From: Candidatus Dormiibacterota bacterium
GTDB taxonomy: Bacteria > Chloroflexota > Dormibacteria > Aeolococcales > Aeolococcaceae
DNA: 64,000 bases
Assembly (NCBI GenBank): GCA_963709585.1
Contig: CAVPXI010000008.1
Span: forward strand, 60,534-124,533
Direction: 5' to 3'
Positions 52,730-61,943 of this stretch are shown piece by piece (position 1 is the stretch's first letter; each line of letters begins with the position of its first letter). The notes under the pieces are model-generated. The model searched no databases, was not told the DNA's origin, and was given only the letters and a program-made list of their open reading frames with translations. The position numbers and the translations under genes were made by a program.

Positions 52730-54226
52730 CTACTCGATGGGCAGCGTTAGAACGACAAGGGTGCCGCGGCCTCGTTCGGAGTCGATGGTGAGTGTTCCCC
52801 CGACCTCCTCCGCAAGCTCTTCAATCGCCCGCGTGCCGAGGTGCCCCGCCGCTCGCCGGCGCTCGACGTCCTCGCGAGTGAAGCCTACTCCGTCATCCTC
52901 GATACTCAGGATCGCCGAGCCGTCCTCGGTGATCAATTCCACCTTGACGTTCTTTGCCTTCGCATGCGCGGCAACGTTGCGAAGGATCTCGTGCGCCACC
53001 CGGAAGATCAGCGCCGCGCGATCTTCGCGAAGCCGGAGATTGGGTGGCAGGTCGAGTTCGGTGTTGGTGCCCTTGCGCTTCATCTCGCGCAGTACCTCGA
53101 GCAGTGCCGCTTGGAGTCCCTCACGACGTAGCGTCGGCGGAGCCAGTTCGATGATGAGCGTGCGCAGCTCCTTCATCGCTCCGCGGGTTTCAGCCGCGGA
53201 CGTCTCCAGCAAGTCGAGGAGTGCGGCGTGGCCATTGTCAACCACCGGTTGCGACTTGAGTTGCGAGGCCTCAGCGGACAGCGTCAATGCCATCCCAGCA
53301 AGGTTCTGTACCACGCCGTCGTGCAGATCGCGGGCGATCCTTCGCCGCTCCGACTCCGACGCGTCAACCGCTTTCTGCAGCAAGGCTTCTTTTTCCTTCT
53401 GGTCCTTGTTGCGCTGTTCCTCATAGTCGTGCATGCGACGCGCGAAGATGATGAGATACACGTGCAGCATGATCACAGGCGCCAGCAGCGCCATGAACCC
53501 TGCCGTCTGGGCATATCTTTGCATGGTCACGAAGGCGAAGGCGGCGAAGCCATATCCGATGCTGTACGGCAGGACCGCGACGCGCCCTCGCAGGGTCTGT
53601 CTCATCTGTGCACTGGGATCCGACAGACGAATGACCATCGCCACGAGGCCGGAGTTCACCGTGAAGTGGACGAGCCCAGCAGCGAGTCCCGCCACGAGGT
53701 CTAAAGGTATAACTCCCCCAACACCAAGTCCGTGGACCCACTGGAACACGCCCCAGGCAGCGACATTGGCGAGGAAGTAATCCGCAATGTTGAAGCTCGT
53801 CCGGAACCAGCCGTTTCGGGTGCGAAGGGATATGCCGATCGGCTCTGCCAGAGCCCCGATCGCCGCTCCGGCGGGTCCGAATGTGACTGAGAGACCGAGG
53901 TGAATATACGGTGATGGGACCCATGCCACGTTGGCCGCGGGCGTTGCCTTGATCGCGAAGACGGACATCAGGAAGATGGTCGTTCCGGCGATCGCGACGG
54001 TTACGAGGTCCACCGGTACGCGGACCCATAGAACGGCTGCGAGACCCACAATCACGGCGGCAGCGACCGTCGCGGCCACGTAGGTGACGAGACCCGCGGT
54101 GTAATGGACTGGCCCGAGCGCGGGCGTTTGCGGCAGCAGCTCCAGGCGACGGATCGCCGTCACGGCGCTGCGAAGCGGTCGACCCTTCTCAGTCCCTTGT
54201 GTCCGGGGTGCGACGGCATCCTGCAT
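52730..54226 (-). CDS. membrane sensor histidine kinase (HisKA_3)
   Basis: ~7 N-terminal TM helices, ERRRIARDLHD, NVAAHA, DDGVGF, GT. Confidence 0.92.
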   Translation of the reverse strand: MQDAVAPRTQGTEKGRPLRSAVTAIRRLELLPQTPALGPVHYTAGLVTYVAATVAAAVIVGLAAVLWVRVPVDLVTVAIAGTTIFLMSVFAIKATPAANVAWVPSPYIHLGLSVTFGPAGAAIGALAEPIGISLRTRNGWFRTSFNIADYFLANVAAWGVFQWVHGLGVGGVIPLDLVAGLAAGLVHFTVNSGLVAMVIRLSDPSAQMRQTLRGRVAVLPYSIGYGFAAFAFVTMQRYAQTAGFMALLAPVIMLHVYLIIFARRMHDYEEQRNKDQKEKEALLQKAVDASESERRRIARDLHDGVVQNLAGMALTLSAEASQLKSQPVVDNGHAALLDLLETSAAETRGAMKELRTLIIELAPPTLRREGLQAALLEVLREMKRKGTNTELDLPPNLRLREDRAALIFRVAHEILRNVAAHAKAKNVKVELITEDGSAILSIEDDGVGFTREDVERRRAAGHLGTRAIEELAEEVGGTLTIDSERGRGTLVVLTLPIE

Positions 54227-54361
54227 GGGTTGGATCCTATTCCGCGCGCGGCGTTTGGCGCGGTGTATGTGACAGCATTGTCGGAACCGTACGCAGGGAA
54301 ACCCCAATGGTGGCCTGACGTTTGACGCGTTGTATCGGCACTACCGCGTCGCTCGCGTCAG

Positions 54362-54381
54362 TTATCACAACGCGATGATAA
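54362..54381. promoter_or_regulatory. palindrome TTATCA-N8-TGATAA in divergent promoter region
   Basis: Perfect AT-rich inverted repeat between kinase and micro-ORF 1. Confidence 0.4.
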
Positions 54382-54519
54382 AGCGAAGAAATGTGAACGC
54401 GAGATCACGCGCATGGTCTTAAGCCCAGAGAACCTCCAGAGGATTACAGTACGTGCAATACCAGCGCGTCGGCGGTCAGGTCTCACGCTACCCGCAGGCG
54501 CAGATCCGAGGAGGTTCCC

Positions 54520-54555
54520 ATGGCTACATGGGGCGATAACGAAGCCTGGGGGTAG
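54520..54555 (+). CDS. micro-ORF 1, MATWGDNEAWG (11 aa)
   Basis: GAGGAGG RBS 5 nt before ATG; C-terminal AWG shared with micro-ORF 2. Confidence 0.65.
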   Translation: MATWGDNEAWG

Positions 54556-54801
54556 CCCCAGGGTTGCCCGGCACTCACTCTAGAGCGCCGGTGTGACGAT
54601 CCATTGGGTGATTGCGTGACGGGCCGATAACGGGTCGATCGCGTCATCATCACGGAGGGGCCTGTCGATGGCGGGCCGCCGGGTGCGCATGTGCGCGCAT
54701 TCGGCCCCGGTTGGCTGCTGTTCGCGTACGCTTGCGACGCGAGTGAGAACCCCTAAAAGGACGCGACTCTGAGAGCCTCAACGGGAGCGACCACCGCCCC
54801 G

Positions 54802-55987
54802 TTGCGAGCGCCTCGTCGCGCCCTGAGCCCCTCAGTTCGTTTGCTTATCGCCACGGGTACGTCCTCCTACGGCGACTGGCTCACGACGGTGGCACTGATC
54901 GTGCTCCTCTTCCGAGCCACCCAGTCCCCAATCGGCCCTGCCGTGTACATGATCGCCAGGGTGGCCCCGCGGCTGATCGGGCCATTCCCCGGCGGCGCAC
55001 TCGCTGATCGTTATGGGCCGGCCCGCATCGCCGCAGGGTGCGCCGTCGTTCAGGGCCTGCTCACGGCCTCGATCGTCGTGTTCGCGGACAGCCGGATCAT
55101 CTGGCCGATTTTTGTGGCGGTGGCACTCGCTCAGTTCTTCAGCTCGGTAGCACAGCCGTGCTATGGAGCGCTGGTCCCGCGTGTGACCGACGCCGCGGGT
55201 CTCGGTCGCGTGCAGGGCGCCTATGCCGCACTGAACAGTTCCAGCCTGCTGGTCTCCCCCGCACTGGGTGCGCTCGTGCTCCCGTTCACCGCGCCGGAGG
55301 TACTCGTCGCCATCGACGCGGCAACGTTTTTCGTGGCGGCCGCGCTGCTCGCCACGCTCGCGGGCGTGGGCGATGACACGTCTGCGCCTACCGGGTCCAG
55401 CCGGGGCATGTCGGCGGGGGTGCCCGTCGTGCTTCACGATCCGATGCTGCGATTCCTTGCCGTTGCGTACCTTTCGAATTGGGCTGCGGTGACCGCACTG
55501 CAGGCCGTGCTCGTGGTGGCCGCGGCCCAGCGGTTCGGTCATGACACCGCGGTGGGCTGGCTCTACGCGGCGATCGGAGCCGGGTCATTGCTCGGAACGC
55601 TCCCGGTCATACGCAAGACTCCCGAGCGAGTCGAGTCAGAAGCCGATCATCGCCTTCACGGCCCTCGAACTCGCGCCCCTGGCTGCGTTTGTGTTCGTCA
55701 ACAACATCGTGCTGGCCGTGGCCCTGTTATTCCTCAGCTCCGTCGGCGCGACCCTGTACCAGACACGAGGCGCAGTCGGTCTGCAGCAGCGGGTACCTCG
55801 TGAGCTGCTCGGGCGGACCACCGCAGTTGTGCGTTTCGCCGGATACCTCGGCATGTTGTTCGGGGCGATCGCCGCCGTTTCGCTGGTTCAATCGTTCGGC
55901 TGGGAGTCCACCGTCCTCATCGTCTGCGCCGCCGGGGCGACGCTGCTCTTCATCACCGCGGTCAGCGAGAGCAGCCAGTCCCACTGA
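54802..55987 (+). CDS. MFS transporter (MFS_3/DHA3-like), frameshift near 55635
   Basis: SSYGDWLTTVAL, GGALADRY, QQRVP.ELLGR. Confidence 0.85.
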
Positions 55988-56170
55988 CGGCGATCCCTTG
56001 TCGGGATGCCGGAAACATCCGCAAAGACTTGTGCAGATGTGGACAACGCTTGTTAACTCAGCCCAGGCGGCGCGAACGCAGCGACCGTGAGCGCCGCACC
56101 CTGTCGAAGCCAACCTTGCCCGACCGGTAGGACGAGGACCTTGGCGCCGGCGGTATCCATGGAGGCGGAA

Positions 56171-56197
56171 ATGGCGGACGGCGTAGCCTGGGGCTGA
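56171..56197 (+). CDS. micro-ORF 2, MADGVAWG (8 aa; in-frame ATG at 56159 would give MEAEMADGVAWG)
   Basis: GGAGG RBS 5 nt before ATG; C-terminal AWG shared with micro-ORF 1. Confidence 0.65.
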   Translation: MADGVAWG

Positions 56198-56250
56198 TTC
56201 CCCAACCCTTGACCCTCGGGGACGCCCGAGGTTTCTGAAATCCGTTGGGT

Positions 56251-56292
56251 GCGACGCCGTGGGTCTCTGCCCGCGGCGTCGCGCTTTGTTTT
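56251..56292 (+). terminator. intrinsic terminator between micro-ORF 2 and second MFS gene
   Basis: GCGACGCCGTGGG-loop-CCCGCGGCGTCGC followed by TTTGTTTT. Confidence 0.65.
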
Positions 56293-56316
56293 CCGCCACC
56301 CGATCCAGGAGTGGAC

Positions 56317-57658
56317 ATGCCGATCGACGTGGCACGCTTCTTCCCGCAGGCAGCAGGGACGCTGCCCAGGGCCGATCGATCCGCGCGCCTGCTGGTGGCA
56401 GCCGGGATCTCGACGTACGGGGACTGGCTCACCGTGGTCGCGCTCGGGGTCCTGCTGTTCGACCTGACGCACCGTCCGGAAGCGCCCGCCCTGTACATCC
56501 TTGCGAGATTCGCGCCGAGGGTGTTCGGGCCGACGCTCGGTGGGTCGCTTGCTGATCGCTTCGGGCCAAGCCGGGTCGCCGGGTGGTCCGCGCTTGGACT
56601 GTGCGCCCTGACGGCCGCCATCGTGGTCCTCGCCAATACCGGGACGGTATGGGCGATCCTCGTGGCAGTGGCCTGCGCGGGCTTCCTGGGCTCCGTCGCA
56701 CAGCCGGGCTACAGCGCATGTATCCCTCGAGTGACCCCTCCGCCCCGGCTCCTGCGCGTCAACGCGCTCTACAGCGGACTCTTCGAGTCGAGCGTGCTGG
56801 TTGCCCCGGTCATCGGGGCGGTCGTCCTGCCCTTCGTGCGGCCGCAACTCCTGGTCGCGGCTGACGCCGCGTCGTTCGGCGTCGCCGGCATCCTCGTGCT
56901 TTCGCTGCGCGTCGGTCCGGTGGCGGCGGGAGCCTGGCGGCCGCGCGATCGACCCCGCGCCGCCGCCGTCGTGGCCCGCGATCCGATGCTGCGGGCCCTG
57001 GCCGCCTCGTTCTTCTGCAGCGCGGCCGCCATCACCGCGCTCCAGGCGGTACTGGTCGTTGCCGCGGCCGATCGCTTCGGGCAGGCCACCGATGTTGGGT
57101 GGCTCTACGCGGCCGTCGGCGCCGGTGGGGTCGCCGGAAGCGTCCTGCTCCTGCGCTGGACTTCGCGCGCCATCAGCGCCCGGGGCATCGCGATCGGCTT
57201 CCTGCTCGAGGTCGCACCCATCGGGCTTTTCGCCGTGGTCGGCGGACTGATTCCGGCGCTCGGCCTGCTGGTCGTCAGCACCGTGGCCGCGGCGCTCTAC
57301 CAGAACTCGGGGTCAGACGGCGCTCCAGCAGCGTGTTCCGGCCGAGTTGCTCGGCAGGGTGAATGGCGTGATGCGCCTGCTCCTCTACGCGGGCATGCTG
57401 GTTGGAGCGATCGTCGCGGTGGTGCTGGTCGAGCTGATCGGCTGGTCAGCGCTCGTGCTCGGCACGGCCGCCGTCTCGGTCGTGGCATTCGCGCCGGCAG
57501 CGCTCACCTATCGCCGGCAACCACGGCGCCCCAACGAGGTCACCCTCGCCGGGACACCAATGGTGCTGGTTTCAGCTCAGACCGCGACCGCCTCGCGGAC
57601 TTCCTTCTCGATCGGCAGGCCGACCGAGTTGCCCCACTCGCTCCACGACCCGTCGTAG
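56317..57658 (+). CDS. MFS transporter paralog (MFS_3/DHA3-like), frameshift near 57310
   Basis: STYGDWLTVVAL, GGSLADRF; clearly similar to the 54802 gene; AGGAG RBS. Confidence 0.85.
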
Positions 57659-58446
57659 TTGCTCACGCGCGGGAAGCCGAGCAGGTAGCTCAGGACGAAC
57701 CAGGTGTGCGACGAACGCTCGCCAATCCGGCAGTACGTGATCACCGACTTGTCGTCGGTGACGCCCTGCGCGGCGTAGAGCTCACGGAGTGCGTCTGCGG
57801 GCTTGAAGGTGTCGTCGTCCTGGATTGCCTGGGCCCAGGGAATATTGGCTGCGCCGGGAATGTGTCCGCTGCGCTGTGCGCCTTCGTTCGAGTACTCGGG
57901 CGGCGCCGAGATCTCACCCTTGAACTCGGCCGGCGAGCGAACGTCGACGAGCGCGCGCCCCTCGACGCCGAGCGCCTTCTCGACGTCGCTTCGGAAGCTG
58001 CGAATCGAGGTGTCGGCGTCTGCCGCCCTGTATGAGGTCGCGGTGAACGACGGCGTCGCCTCGGTGACCTCGCGTCCCTCGTCGATCCACTTGCGCCGGC
58101 CGCCGTTGAGCAGGCGGATGTCACGGTGGCCGTAGATCCGGAAGGTCCAGAACGCGAACGCCGCGAACCAGTTCCGGAAGTCGCCGTAGAGGACGAGCGT
58201 GGTGTCCGGGATCGCGCCGACCCTCGAGAGGAGCTGCTCGAACTGCTCCTTCGAGAGGATGTCGCGACGCACCGTGTCGTTGATGTCTCGCTTCCAGTCG
58301 ACCAGCGCGGCGCCGGGGATGTGCCCCAGCTCGTACGAGGCCGACGGGTCGTAGTCCACTTCGAGCACCCGCACCTGCGGGTCGGTGAGGTGACCGGCCA
58401 GCCACTCGGTGGTGACCAGGACCTCCGGATGAGCGTATTCAGTCAT
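57577..58446 (-). CDS. thiosulfate sulfurtransferase (CysA/SseA-like)
   Basis: GHIPGA x2, YCRIGERSS, YDGSWSEWGN. Confidence 0.93.
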   Translation of the reverse strand: MTEYAHPEVLVTTEWLAGHLTDPQVRVLEVDYDPSASYELGHIPGAALVDWKRDINDTVRRDILSKEQFEQLLSRVGAIPDTTLVLYGDFRNWFAAFAFWTFRIYGHRDIRLLNGGRRKWIDEGREVTEATPSFTATSYRAADADTSIRSFRSDVEKALGVEGRALVDVRSPAEFKGEISAPPEYSNEGAQRSGHIPGAANIPWAQAIQDDDTFKPADALRELYAAQGVTDDKSVITYCRIGERSSHTWFVLSYLLGFPRVSNYDGSWSEWGNSVGLPIEKEVREAVAV

Positions 58447-58707
58447 TGGGAAGAAAGCTCCTGTTGCGTATTTGCTGTTGCAGCGCGGCGACCTGCCGCA
58501 CGATTGCGCGATGCCGAACGCGACCGGAGTGCCAGGCGCGTCGCGATCTTCATCAGGCCGAGGCTGGACAGCTTGCCCTGTCGGAGCGGCAGCGTCCCCA
58601 GTCGAGCCAGCGACGGCGTGTCAGCCGCGGTGTCCCCTGCATGTCTGGGTCGATGGTATGGAATCCCTAGCGCTGAAGTCAAGTTTTCGCGGACCGCGCC
58701 GCCCGGA

Positions 58708-59400
58708 TCACGAAACGCTGTTTTCCTCGACGCGCCGAGCCAGGAGATACGCGCGCGTCGTCTGCACCTCGACGTCCGGGTAGGGCGACCGCACCAGCCG
58801 CGCTTCCACGCTGAAGCCGGCCGCCGCGACCTGCGCAACAAGCAGTTCCTGGTCGAAGAACCGGAACTCCATGTCGACGGCGACGCCGAGCATCTCCTCG
58901 GCGTGAACCGTGGCGTCTCCGTCCTGCCCCAGGTGGACCGCGATCACAAGCAGTCCGCAGCGAGCGTGCGGTGAAACTCGCGCAGCGCCGCGCGCACCTC
59001 GGCGTCACTCGTGAGGTGGATGATCGAGTAGAAGGCGATCAATCCCTGCCAGCGGCCGTCGCCGGCGTCGAGGCGCGTCATCGTGCCAACCTCGAAGGAC
59101 ACGTCCGGATGCAACGCCCTCGCCCGCTCCACCATCACCGGCGAGAGGTCGATCCCGGTGACCGCGAGCCCCATGCCTGCGAGGAAGGCGGCGACGTGGC
59201 CGGGACCGCATCCAGCATCGCAGACCGAGGCGCCGGCGCCGAACGCGGTCTGCACCTGCTCGGCGAAAGCGGTCAGCAACGCTCGGTCGAGCGGCTTGTG
59301 ACGCAATTCGTCGTGGACGCGCTCGATGTAGGCGTCGGTGACGGCGTCGTAGCTGACGCGTACGCGTGCCTGGTGATCCGGGGCAGCGCCACCGCCTGCT
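58708..59400 (-). CDS. class I SAM-dependent methyltransferase (frameshift near 58950, start uncertain)
   Basis: SYDAV..Y, DAGCGPG, GIDLSP, FYSIIH. Confidence 0.8.
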
Positions 59401-59414
59401 ATCTTCGCGGCGTC

Positions 59415-59813
59415 ATGCGCCCGTGGACCGCTCGCGCCCTCGCCGCCGGGACTGACCTGGTGTGCCTGGCGCTCTTCGTCGCGCTCGGACGGGCGAGTCA
59501 CGACATCTCCTCTGGAATCGGCTGGTACGTCACGGTGATCTGGCCGTTTCTCGTCGGATGGTTCGGGGTTGCGCTCGCGCTCGGCCTGCATCGATCGCCG
59601 CTCGACCGGTGGGTGATCCTGGCGTGCACCTGGGTTGGCGGGTGCGCGATCGCCCTGGTTCTGCGGGCTGCGGTCACCGGTCGCAGCACACCGATCGCCT
59701 TCGTCATCGTCGCCTATATCTTCATCGGCGCGACCACCTTCGGGTGGCGCCTGCTCGCTCGCGCCGTCGCCCGGGTCCGCACCCACCGGTCGAGCTCGGC
59801 TCGGGTCGGCTGA
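59415..59813 (+). CDS. DUF3054 membrane protein
   Basis: D..FVALGRASH, WPFLVGW, GWR. Confidence 0.8.
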   Translation: MRPWTARALAAGTDLVCLALFVALGRASHDISSGIGWYVTVIWPFLVGWFGVALALGLHRSPLDRWVILACTWVGGCAIALVLRAAVTGRSTPIAFVIVAYIFIGATTFGWRLLARAVARVRTHRSSSARVG

Positions 59814-59860
59814 CACACCAACTCCGGAGGTTGAGTTCCGAGCCGGCCTACACTCAATGC

Positions 59861-60025
59861 ATGGCCGGTGTGGTTCTCCTGCTCGTCCTCGGCGCCGGCA
59901 TCGGTGCGCTGATCGTGTGGGGCATGCGCCTGCCGCCGACCCGGCCGCGACCCGACAGCCGCTATCGAGGCCGGACCTACATGTCGGTTCATCGCAAGCT
60001 CAAGCGCAACAAGCCACCGGACTGA
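59861..60025 (+). CDS. small single-TM protein
   Basis: Hydrophobic N-terminus and basic tail. Confidence 0.4.
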   Translation: MAGVVLLLVLGAGIGALIVWGMRLPPTRPRPDSRYRGRTYMSVHRKLKRNKPPD

Positions 60026-60031
60026 CGCGCC

Positions 60032-61849
60032 CTACTCCCGAAGCTGGAAGGGCACGGAGGTCACCACCACGCCGGGCTCACGGAGGAGCGCCAGCTTGAA
60101 CGCCAGCTCGGATTGATTGTGGAGCAGCGCCTGGTACCACATGTGCGGCAGCACGTCGGGGAGGACGACGGTCACCATGTGATCACCCTCGCGGTGGCAT
60201 CCTTCGATCACCTGGATCACCGGGCTGATCAGCTCCCGGTAGGGCGAGCGGACCACGCGGAGCTCGACGTTCGGCGCCCACTGCCTCCATCGTTCGGGAA
60301 GCGTGGTGTCGATCTCCTCGTCCGCGTCGACGCGCACGTGCACCGCGGTGATCCTGTTCGCGGTGGTGATGCTGAGCGCGTACTCGACCGCTGCTGCGCT
60401 GGCGGCGGTCAGATCGTGGACCGGGATGATCACGCGCTGTTTGCCCAGCGCGTGACGCCTCGGGACCCGCGCCAGCTCCTCGCGCGCCCGGGCGTAGTGC
60501 CGGTGGATCGACCAGAAACCAAAGACGAGCAGCGGCACCAGCACCAGGACGATCCACGCACCCTCGAGAAACTTCGTGCTGGCCACGATGAGCGCGACAG
60601 CGCCGGTGGTCACGGCTCCGACGGCATTGATCGCCAGCTTCGCGTGCCACCCTCGCTCACGGTTGTGGAGCCAGTGGATCACCATGCCCGCCTGCGACAG
60701 CGTGAAGCAGATGAACACGCCGACCGCGAACAGTGGGATGAGGGCATGCGTTCTGCCTCCAAAGACGATCACCAGTGCGATCGCCAGAAGGCCGATGACG
60801 ATGATTCCGTTCGAGTACGCGAGCTTGAGACCGCGGTGGCTGAACTGATGGGGGAAGTAGTCGTCGCGTGACATGACCGCCGCGAGCCGGGGGAAGCCGT
60901 TGAACGAGGTGTTGGCGGCCAGCAGCAGGATCGCGGCCGATGAGATCTGCACGATGAAGAAGAGCGGGCTGTTCGGGACGGTGGCCTGCCCGATCTGGGC
61001 GATGACGTTGGCCTGGTCGGTGGGAACCGCACCGATGCTGCGGCCGAGTATCGCCACACCCAGGAAGATCACACCGAGTAGGACCGCGATGATGGTCAAC
61101 GTCCGCGCGGCGTTGCGCAACTCGGGCGGCTCGAATGCCGGGACGCCGTTGGCGATGGCTTCGACCCCGGTCATCGCGGTGCACCCGCCCGCGAACGCGC
61201 GGAGGACGAGGATGACAGTCACTCCCTCGGTTGCATTGGGCAGTGCATGGAGATGCTGGGGTGGGTTGCCGGTGGCGATGCGCAGGGCCGCCACGATGAG
61301 CAGCGCCGCGAGCGAGATCACGAAGATGTAGGTGGGCAGGATGAACGCCGCGCCCGCCTCGCGCACCCCGCGGAGGTTGACGACCATCAGCACCACGATC
61401 GCGACGACGCCGATCACCACGCGATAGGTGTCGAGCGCCGGGGCGAACGCGACCACCGCCGCAACCCCGGCGGTCACCGACACAGCGACCGTGGTCAGGT
61501 AATCGACCATCAGGGCGCCCGCGGCGACCAGCCCGGCGGTGCGGCCGAGGTTCCGGCTCGCCACCGTGAACGATCCGCCGCCGTTCGGATACGCGTGAAT
61601 TGTCTGCCGGTACGAGAAGGCGACCACCGCGAGCAGGAGGGCGATCGCCGCCGCGATCGGAATGTCGAACGCAACCCCTGCGGATCCCGCGAGCAGCAGG
61701 ACGTACAGGATCTCGTCCGGCCCGTAGGCGACCGATGAGAGTGCGTCCAGGCCAAAGGCACCGATGGCCGCGGTCTTGGTCAGGCGCTCATGCTGCTGCG
61801 CAGAACTGGGCAGCGGCCGTCCGAGCAGGGCGCGACCCAGCACTCGCAT
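60032..61849 (-). CDS. APC-family permease (KimA/YdaO-like)
   Basis: DALSSVAYG, YPNGGGS, TGVEAIANG, LLHNQ. Confidence 0.88.
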   Translation of the reverse strand: MRVLGRALLGRPLPSSAQQHERLTKTAAIGAFGLDALSSVAYGPDEILYVLLLAGSAGVAFDIPIAAAIALLLAVVAFSYRQTIHAYPNGGGSFTVASRNLGRTAGLVAAGALMVDYLTTVAVSVTAGVAAVVAFAPALDTYRVVIGVVAIVVLMVVNLRGVREAGAAFILPTYIFVISLAALLIVAALRIATGNPPQHLHALPNATEGVTVILVLRAFAGGCTAMTGVEAIANGVPAFEPPELRNAARTLTIIAVLLGVIFLGVAILGRSIGAVPTDQANVIAQIGQATVPNSPLFFIVQISSAAILLLAANTSFNGFPRLAAVMSRDDYFPHQFSHRGLKLAYSNGIIVIGLLAIALVIVFGGRTHALIPLFAVGVFICFTLSQAGMVIHWLHNRERGWHAKLAINAVGAVTTGAVALIVASTKFLEGAWIVLVLVPLLVFGFWSIHRHYARAREELARVPRRHALGKQRVIIPVHDLTAASAAAVEYALSITTANRITAVHVRVDADEEIDTTLPERWRQWAPNVELRVVRSPYRELISPVIQVIEGCHREGDHMVTVVLPDVLPHMWYQALLHNQSELAFKLALLREPGVVVTSVPFQLRE

Positions 61850-61943
61850 CCGGCGCGATTATCCCATGCCCCGTGGGGCGCGTCGGAGCGCGGCTCAGCG
61901 GTCCAGGGGACCGCGAGTCACGCCTCGCGGTCCCCGGAGCACT

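Noticed and set aside
54392-54409. TGTGA..TCACG as a CRP/Fnr site
   Set aside because: Spacer is 8 nt rather than the canonical 6
54668-54772. 34-aa ORF MAGRRVRMCAHS... after GGAGGGG in the first MFS leader
   Set aside because: No counterpart in the second leader, Arg-rich shadow-like composition, and it overlaps hairpins; not supportable without homologs
61907-61934. Strong GC hairpin after the ABC substrate-binding gene (similar one near 38272-38298)
   Set aside because: No U-tract and single copy; an ordinary mRNA-stabilising or terminator-like stem
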